DNA of 64,000 nucleotides from Pseudogymnoascus verrucosus (Eukaryota): NCBI GenBank assembly GCA_001662655.1, contig KV460242.1; one strand, 5' to 3'. Shown piece by piece: positions 56,889 to 64,000 of this stretch (position 1 is its first letter; each line of letters starts with the position of its first letter). The notes under the pieces were generated by a model. It saw only the letters and a program-made list of their open reading frames with translations, ran no database searches and was not told where the DNA came from. The position numbers and the translations under genes were made by a program.

Positions 56889-57764
56889 TCATTCCCTTTC
56901 AACTCTCCTCTTCGAAACCACCATCACAGGCGGCAACCTCGCCACAACATAATCCTCCCCCCTCTCACAATGAATCCTCGCCAGCGCCTCCTCCTCCCCA
57001 AAAAACGCAGCCTCAAACCCCTTCACAACCCTCTTCTCTTCCTCCTCTTCTACCCTCAAAAACTCCACCTCCCTCTCCTCAACTACCGGCCCCATCGCGC
57101 GCGGGATATTACTCAACCACGCGCGTTTCGGGCCGCGGACTAAGACCACGTTCTCGAGGCGCGGGAACGACTTCACGAACACCGCCTTATCGTACGCCTC
57201 CCACGGCCTCTTCTCGCGGGAATCAACCGAGTCGAGCGCTACGACGCGCACGCGGTCCAGGTCGGCAGGTGTAGCCATGAAGGCCCCGAAATCCCGGAGG
57301 GAGTCGTCATACCCCATCGTGCTGCGGCGGGGGAAGTAAAGTGTGTCGTGCGCAGGGTGGAACGGGATATGTGATGGTGCGGAGGCGGTACCGAAGAGGA
57401 GGGGGTATGCGCGCTGGGCTTCGTGGCGGCTTTCGCGGTTGGTGTGGAGGAGGGAGGGGGGTGGGGTGGGGGAGCGGAAGGAGTGTGTCGTGGGCTCGTA
57501 GTGGATTGTTACGACGCGGGGGCCGAGGTCGAGGGCCATGTGCCAGATTTTGAGGCGGAGCTCGGGGTAGAGGTGGGGGAAGAGGTGGAAGGATGTTAGG
57601 GCTGGTGGTGAGGAGGAGGAGGAGGAGGGAGATGTGGATGTGGTAGAGGAGGTGGTGGTTGCGGCTGGTGACTTGGTTGTGAGGGCCAAGTCGGGTGTGG
57701 TGGGTGTGAGGGGTGCGGGGTCATTGTAGGCGCACGCCTCATAAGTAGGAACTGCGTGTGGCAT
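56889..57764 (-). CDS. 2EXR-domain protein
   Basis: FHLFPHLYPELRLKIWHMAL and LLHTNRESRHEA, F.PAHDTLYF. Confidence 0.85.
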   Translation of the reverse strand: MPHAVPTYEACAYNDPAPLTPTTPDLALTTKSPAATTTSSTTSTSPSSSSSSPPALTSFHLFPHLYPELRLKIWHMALDLGPRVVTIHYEPTTHSFRSPTPPPSLLHTNRESRHEAQRAYPLLFGTASAPSHIPFHPAHDTLYFPRRSTMGYDDSLRDFGAFMATPADLDRVRVVALDSVDSREKRPWEAYDKAVFVKSFPRLENVVLVRGPKRAWLSNIPRAMGPVVEEREVEFLRVEEEEEKRVVKGFEAAFFGEEEALARIHCERGEDYVVARLPPVMVVSKRRVERE

Positions 57765-59197
57765 TTTTAAAGAGGTTCTACGGGAGATTCAGGTCGAGAT
57801 CCCTCTTCTTCTTCTTATAATGCTGTTCTGCGTTCTTCTTGGCGTTCTTGACCGGACGTCGGTACACATTGAATTCTCGTCCGTCTCCGGGCGCTGGTGG
57901 TGGCGAATGAAAAGCGGCGATGATGATATGTCTGATGGCACGGTCGTTCTGAGATGTATCGGTATAGGTCTGTTGTAAGAGTCTTGGTTCATTGCAGTGA
58001 GGAAACGTGGTTTTCTCGTTGTTTTATGGTGAAGCTGGGCATCAACAGGCAACATGGGGAAGGCCTCGGCCCTATATATAAGAATGGGAATTAAATCGTG
58101 GGAACGTTAGGCTCGCGTGTCCCTAGAGATCCCTGTAAGTGACCCTTGGAAATGGCTGGGCGGCTGGGATCGATTGGGTCGGGCTAAGCCTGACTGGACT
58201 TAGCGTCGTGGTTTGTGGACTGACAATTTATGGAATCTGACCACTATGACGACATATTCGAGGGCGCTAAGCGACTAAGAGGCGCCGAGGCCTGGCGGGA
58301 TGGACTAGGAACAATCCGCAGGCAGGCGGCGTGTAAACAGGGAAGTTGGATAGGGAATGATGAAGCAATTGAAGTTATAGGAATATTGATATTTATTAGA
58401 AGAGAAATAGAAGAAGGAAGGAGAGAAGAAACGGGGGCAAACGGAGAGGAAACGATAGAGTTAAGCTGGCCCATGGGAGAGAAAAGGTACGGTACCTGTC
58501 ACCCAGCTACGTGTAGTGCGATGGGTCGCAACACATGTGTTTTGAGGGATATATTTCCCTTCCCTACTCCTTCCCTACACCGCACGGATTAAAGTAAGCA
58601 GTAGCTAGAGTGGGTGATTTTAGGGATATTATAAGATCGTATAAGACGGTATAATATAGTATAATCGAGATTGTAATATTGATATTGATATTGCTGTTCT
58701 GATAAAGCAGTTAAAAGGCGCAACTGGATCGAGTGTGGCTAGCATTGGAAGAGGTGAAGCTGGAGAAATAGAAAAAGGGAGAATTACAATATAACTATTC
58801 CGATAAAGTAGAAATATATGCAGTATATAGCATATAACCTACTCCTTCCAAGCATATCTTATATATCTATATATCTATAATTGGAAGAGTTGAAGCTGGA
58901 GTAATGGGGAAATCCAGACTGTTGGGCACCATTTAGACAACGTTAAGAAGTTTGGCTAACTCTTGGCGCCAAGGTACCTCGCCCCCTACCGCCATATGTA
59001 CGGCACGCGAAGTACTAGACATTGATCTACGTGGTACGTACCCCCAACGCGATTGATTGCCGTTCGTTCCTTGCCCTTTTCCGCGATAAGATAAGGGATA
59101 AGCCACGCCACGATAAGCCACGCCACACGAATTTCTTTCCACAGGGCCTACACGTGAGGGTCTCACGTTTGAAAGTGCCAAGACGTCGACGACTACC

Positions 59198-60669
59198 ATG
59201 ACAACTGAACCGCCCCTGATGCCGCCCATGCCCTCGGCGCTGACCTTTAAGCTGGTTGCACGGTGCTCTGTAAGTCGATCAGGGACTTCTATACTGTGAA
59301 CCCGAGCTGTGCTAATACGAACCCAGACTACAAAGGCACGTGCAGCCACGCTTGTCCTCCCTCATGGCCCTGTTCAGCTGCCCCTCTTCATGCCCGTTGC
59401 GACGCAGGCGTCTCTTAAGGGCCTTACGCCAGAGCAATTGGAAGAGACAGGCTGTCGACTATGTTTGAACAACACCTACCATCTAGGTCTCAAGCCTGGT
59501 CAGGAGGTGCTTGATACCATCGGCGGGGCACATAAACTGCAGGGCTGGAAACACAACCTCCTTACTGACAGCGGCGGGTTAGTCCTCACCCCTATTTTTC
59601 CATTACCCCTCCCACCACACACCCTAAACAAACCTCTTTCCTCCATTTACCAATACCCCTCCCACCACGCACCCCAATCTAACCTCTCCCCCTCCATTTA
59701 CCAACAACTCCCCCCACCACGCACCCCAAACTAATTTCCACCCCCCACAGCTTCCAAATGGTCTCCCTCCTCGAGCTCGCCACCATCACCGAAGAAGGAG
59801 TCCGCTTCCTCTCCCCCCACGACGGCTCCCCCATGCTCCTCACCCCCGAACACTCCATCAGTCTCCAAAACACCATCGGCTCCGACATAATCATGCAACT
59901 CGACGACGTCCTCGTGACCACCTCCCCCGACACCGCCCGCATGCGCGAAGCCATGCTCCGCTCCATCCGCTGGCTCGACCGCTGCATCGCCGCGCACGCG
60001 AAGCCTGAGTCCCAAAACCTCTTCTGCATTATCCAGGGCGGGCTGGATCTGGATATGCGTCGCGAGTGCTGCGAGGCGATGGCGGCGCGCGGGACGCCAG
60101 GGATTGCGATTGGAGGGCTTAGTGGGGGGGAGGCGAAGGCGGATTATTGTCGCGTCGTGGATGCGTGTACGGGGCAGCTTCCGGAGAATAAGCCGCGGTA
60201 TGTGATGGGGATTGGGTATCCTGAGGATCTGGTGGTGAGTGTTGCCTTAGGAGCGGACATGTTTGACTGCGTGTGGCCGACGCGGACAGCGCGATTCGGG
60301 AACGCGGTGACGGGGAAGGGGGTGCTGAATATGCGGCACGCGAGGTATGCGGATGATCTTGGCCCGATCGAGGAGGGGTGCGGCTGTAGGTGTTGTAGGG
60401 AGGGTGAGGGGGGACTGGGGGTGACGAGGGCGTTTGCGCATCATCTCGCGGCGAAGGAGACGGTGGGGGCGCATCTGTTGACGATTCATAATGTGTGGTA
60501 TCAGTTGGAGCTGATGAGGGGAGTGAGGCAGGCGATTGTGGAGGATAGGTATCCGGCGTTCTTGAGGCGGTTTTTTTCGGACCTGTATGAGGGGGATAAG
60601 GAGAGGTATCCGGAGTGGGCGGTGGATGCGTTGAGGGGGGTGGGTGTGGATCTTATGGGGCCGGAGTGA
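59198..60669 (+). CDS. QTRT1: Queuine tRNA-ribosyltransferase catalytic subunit (exons 59198-59269, 59327-59577, 59751-60669)
   Basis: FMPVATQASLKG, NTYHL, LTDSGGFQMVSL, MQLDD, IIQGG, IGGLSGGE, DMFDCVWPTR, CGCRCC, TIHN. Confidence 0.96.
59630..59733 (+). repeat. ~52 bp tandem duplication inside TGT intron 2
   Basis: AACCTCT..CCTCCATTTACCAA...CCCACCACGCACCCCAA.CTAA twice. Confidence 0.8.
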
Positions 60670-61663
60670 GGGGTGGAGTTCTCATGGGTCTGGCGGCAGG
60701 ACGGGTGGTAGTGTTGCGGGGTATGCTTCCGGGCATATTGAGGCCATTGGAGGTTTGCAAATAGCCAGTAGATCTCATTGTTGCTTGAAGGGTTTAGAGT
60801 AGCTGTGATCAGAATATCAAAATAGCAGCCCCCAACCGCTTAAAGCTATATTCCGGATCGTGGATCCGACCTCCAAGTTTCGGCCCCCGGCTAATCAGGG
60901 GATGCGGGCGAGATTTTCTTGCCGATGCCCCTTAAAGTCGATTCATTGTTTTCCGGCTGAAGAGCTAAAACATGATTTGATTTACGGTTCTTTTCCTCGG
61001 TGAGACGGCAATAATAATTGTTTTCCAATCATGACCTTCAACGTGGTTTGTTCTCGGCGAGATATTCAACAGCCGAGCGACGTTTTGGGAATAATTGGGC
61101 CTGATGCACGGTTCTTCTCCTCGGCGAGATATTGAACAAAAAAATAGGGTAGTATTTTCGAAAATCTCGGCGTCGGCGTGGGGGCCGCCTCGAAATTACC
61201 ACTATCTGCCTGAATCCTTCCCCCCCTTCGGCGTCAACTTGGAATCTGCAGCTAAATCCTTCCCTCTCCCGCCCCAGCTTATCCGCTGCACCTAACCTAG
61301 ACTTGATCTTCTATCTCAACTTAGCCGCTGTGGCTACCTCAAACGAGGTTTGATAACCAGGCCGTCGCCGTATGGAGTATCGGGTCTATTAATGGATTTG
61401 CCAAGACTGGGGTAGGAGAGTGGCGAGTAGATAGACACGGAAACAGTGGATACGATTCCGTCTCATATCAATGTATGCAATAATGTAGATGCATCCATAG
61501 ACCTGGCTCCCTCTCACATCCGGCTCAAAAAAAAGTATAAAAGGGGCGACCCATCACGCCATAAACCATCTCCTCAACCCATCATCCACAACTCCAGTTC
61601 CAATTCCAACAATCAACAAGTCAAAACCAAAACCAAAACCCCTTTCGAAAACTTTCAGTCAAC

Positions 61664-61870
61664 ATGAAGTTCTCCATCGCCGCCATTGCCCTCGTCCTCG
61701 GCCTCGCCATCGCCGCCCCAGCTCCCGAACTCGAGGGACGCGCCATGCTCGAGTCGCGCTCCTGCCCCAAGAACTCCCTCTGCTCCAACCACAAGTGCTA
61801 CACTGTTACCTGCTATCCTGGCCCCGGGCCCAACAATTGCGTCAGAGAGTCCGCCGGCGGCAGCTGCTAG
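61664..61870 (+). CDS. Small secreted cysteine-rich peptide (prepro plus ~36 aa mature, 6 Cys)
   Basis: MKFSIAAIALVLGLAIAAP signal, LEGR/LESR pro-segments, SCPKNSLCSNHKCYTVTCYPGPGPNNCVRESAGGSC; TATAAAA at ~61537, CAACATG context. Confidence 0.88.
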   Translation: MKFSIAAIALVLGLAIAAPAPELEGRAMLESRSCPKNSLCSNHKCYTVTCYPGPGPNNCVRESAGGSC

Positions 61871-62510
61871 ATTCTGGTGAGTGGTCATCCCCCTGGTTTT
61901 GTTTAATTGAAATGCTGGGGATTTTGGGTGCTGACTTGGTAGAACTGGTGTTTAGTCAAGAAACCGCATCGGGCTGCTCAAGGTTATTCGGCGACGGCTG
62001 ATTTCAGGCAAAGATGTGGCAGATGTTTTGGTTTTGGGCTGAGAGGTCTTTGGTTTGCGGTCGATAGTCATTCGTTTAAAACTTTCTAGAGAATGAATTA
62101 TTTTTCTGGTAGCTTTTCGTTGATATTTTTGTTGTTTGAAAATGAGAATTAATATCAGTATTAAAGTAGACACAAATTATTATTTTTGCTGTAGTTTTAA
62201 GTAACCAACTTAGATAATTATAGCAACTAAGTGACTGCGATTATTTTAATTATAGTTACTATAAATAGTGTCATTATAGACGGTTCCTCTCCATACGTTT
62301 TGGTGGTAACGAGTATTTGGTTCGCGTTTTGTGGCGTGATGTATGACAGGTATAATTCCTCTGCCTAGCTTCGATCCTCGCAAGCTCTACGAACAGATTC
62401 TGTCTAATGTTAGTTCATCTACAGCAACTAGCAGATATCATTTGTCTGATCAACATATCCATATATTAAATATCCTGTTTTGAGATCCAACACTCACTAT
62501 AATCGCTGTG

Positions 62511-63747
62511 ATGTCTCGCAAGCTTGACACGCCAGAACGAACTCCATTATCTAGAAACGTCTACATCTACGACAACGATGGTCATATTCTCGGCGGTAAG
62601 TTCCTCTTCCAATTATTTCTGAAGAGTTAGAAGTTGATGTCTTTTATATAAGGTGTATATCAAAACGGCTCACTTACGAATTTAAACCTGCATGAGATGT
62701 GTGACATCATTATAATTGCATCTGAGCCGTTTTCTCTATTTCGCCTGAACAAAGACGGATCTACGGGCGCGAAGGTGGCTAAGAATAGAGAAAATCTATT
62801 AGCTGGATCATACATTGTTCTCACAAACGGTTAGTATTAACGATGAGAGTGTATAAATATCCAATGAACCTATGTAGATGGGGAACCGAACTCAGTCCGG
62901 ATCACGAATGAAAGCACCCTAAGGCGTATAATAACAAAGATTCCATCATCAAAGTTAACTCCAACGGTAAGCAATTCACGTATACTTTACTTCATGCTTA
63001 GTCGATAGTCGAGAGATTGTTGTCGTCGACATGATGTTGTCGCGACGTGCTATTGCCGTTCCCATCTATGGACTCCCGCTAATTATGGGCGTAGCAAAAG
63101 CGTTTCCGAGACCGAGTCAGGGAGCGAGACGACCGGCACTGTGTGATGAGCGGCCTTCGAACCTTCCCCGATGAAGATTACTCACTTTTCCATGCTACAC
63201 ACATATTCCCATACTCACGTGAGCAAGCCTGGGTGGACGAAGGCCTCTCGAGATGGATCACAGATCAAGCTTCCCCTCAGAGCCAAGGAGTGTCAAAGAT
63301 ACACTCAGTTCAGAACGGATTGCTGCTTGACTTGAATTGCCAAGCTGCGTTTGATGCACACGCAGTTACAGTAGATGCCAATGTGCGAGATCTAAAATGC
63401 GATAGAATAAGTTACTAACACTACTATAGGATGGGTACAAGATCATCTATTTACACAAAGATGTATTGAATCTAGATGGTCGCACATTAGATCTATCGTG
63501 CAGGGATCCGCAGAGCCCAGACCGAGTCCCCGACGAGCTCTTTCACTGGCAGTTTCGCCAAGCCATTCTAGCTATAGTGAGGGGCAATGGACAAAGAATA
63601 TGGAATATGCAGCTTGAGGAGGAGGATCCCATGGGAGATATAATGGATGGGCTGGATGCTGCGGAGAGAATGGAAGCAGAATTGTTCACTCGTCTTGGGG
63701 CAGGCGAGATTGATTACAGCGCCGCTCCAGAAATGCACTCGCCTTGA
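62511..63747 (+). CDS. Fungal HNH_2 endonuclease-like protein, 5 exons
   Basis: RNVYIYD..G.ILGG, QNGSLTN, FRDRVRERD..CVMSG, ATHIFP, IHSVQNGLLL, DGYKII, LFHWQFRQA; four GT-AG introns. Confidence 0.82.
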
Positions 63748-64000
63748 TTTGCTTTTATATATTATAAAAATAGCTGAACTGAATCCTCCATTTTAATATT
63801 TAGCGTATGGGTTATCATTCAATCATGGCATTTATCATTCCCACGGAGCAAATCACAAACCTAGTGACAGAATGAAGCTCGAGATTGAATGTCTATTTCT
63901 ATTCACGAGCACAACTCAGTATATAGATCACAGCGTAGGTTTCCCGTACCCCCTTATTGTAAGATAAACATACCCGTGCATCACTAAAATACTTGCCACC

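Overview
Genomic DNA of a filamentous ascomycete (short GT-AG introns with CTRAY branch sites; RIP-type C>T damage in repeats). Conserved genes lie at both ends. Left: HOS3 deacetylase (runs off the window), AFG1, BMS1, a four-exon I9 protease inhibitor absent from the ORF track, and a mitochondrial alpha-ketoacid dehydrogenase kinase. Right: acyl-CoA dehydrogenase, tRNA-His, MDP1, a 2EXR protein, queuine TGT, a Cys-rich secreted peptide and an HNH protein. Between them is a ~41 kb accessory region (about 12.1-53.0 kb) in two blocks. Block 1 (~31 kb) is bracketed by two direct copies of the kinase 3' end that differ almost only at synonymous sites. It carries RIP-damaged Fot1/pogo transposon DNA, a GQYG-repeat gene, a divergent GH11/GH62 pair (the GH11 lacks the thumb motif) and a polyketide cluster (BVMO, BBE-like oxidase, PTH11-like protein, O-methyltransferase, PKS with degenerate DH and no ER). 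Block 2 (~10 kb) holds a secreted protein with a CheD/CNF1-like Cys-His pattern, a HET gene hit by a RIP-type stop, an FlK-thioesterase/ankyrin fusion, a Ras paralogue with degenerate switches, and two more pogo elements. All calls were made by eye from motifs; no searches were run.
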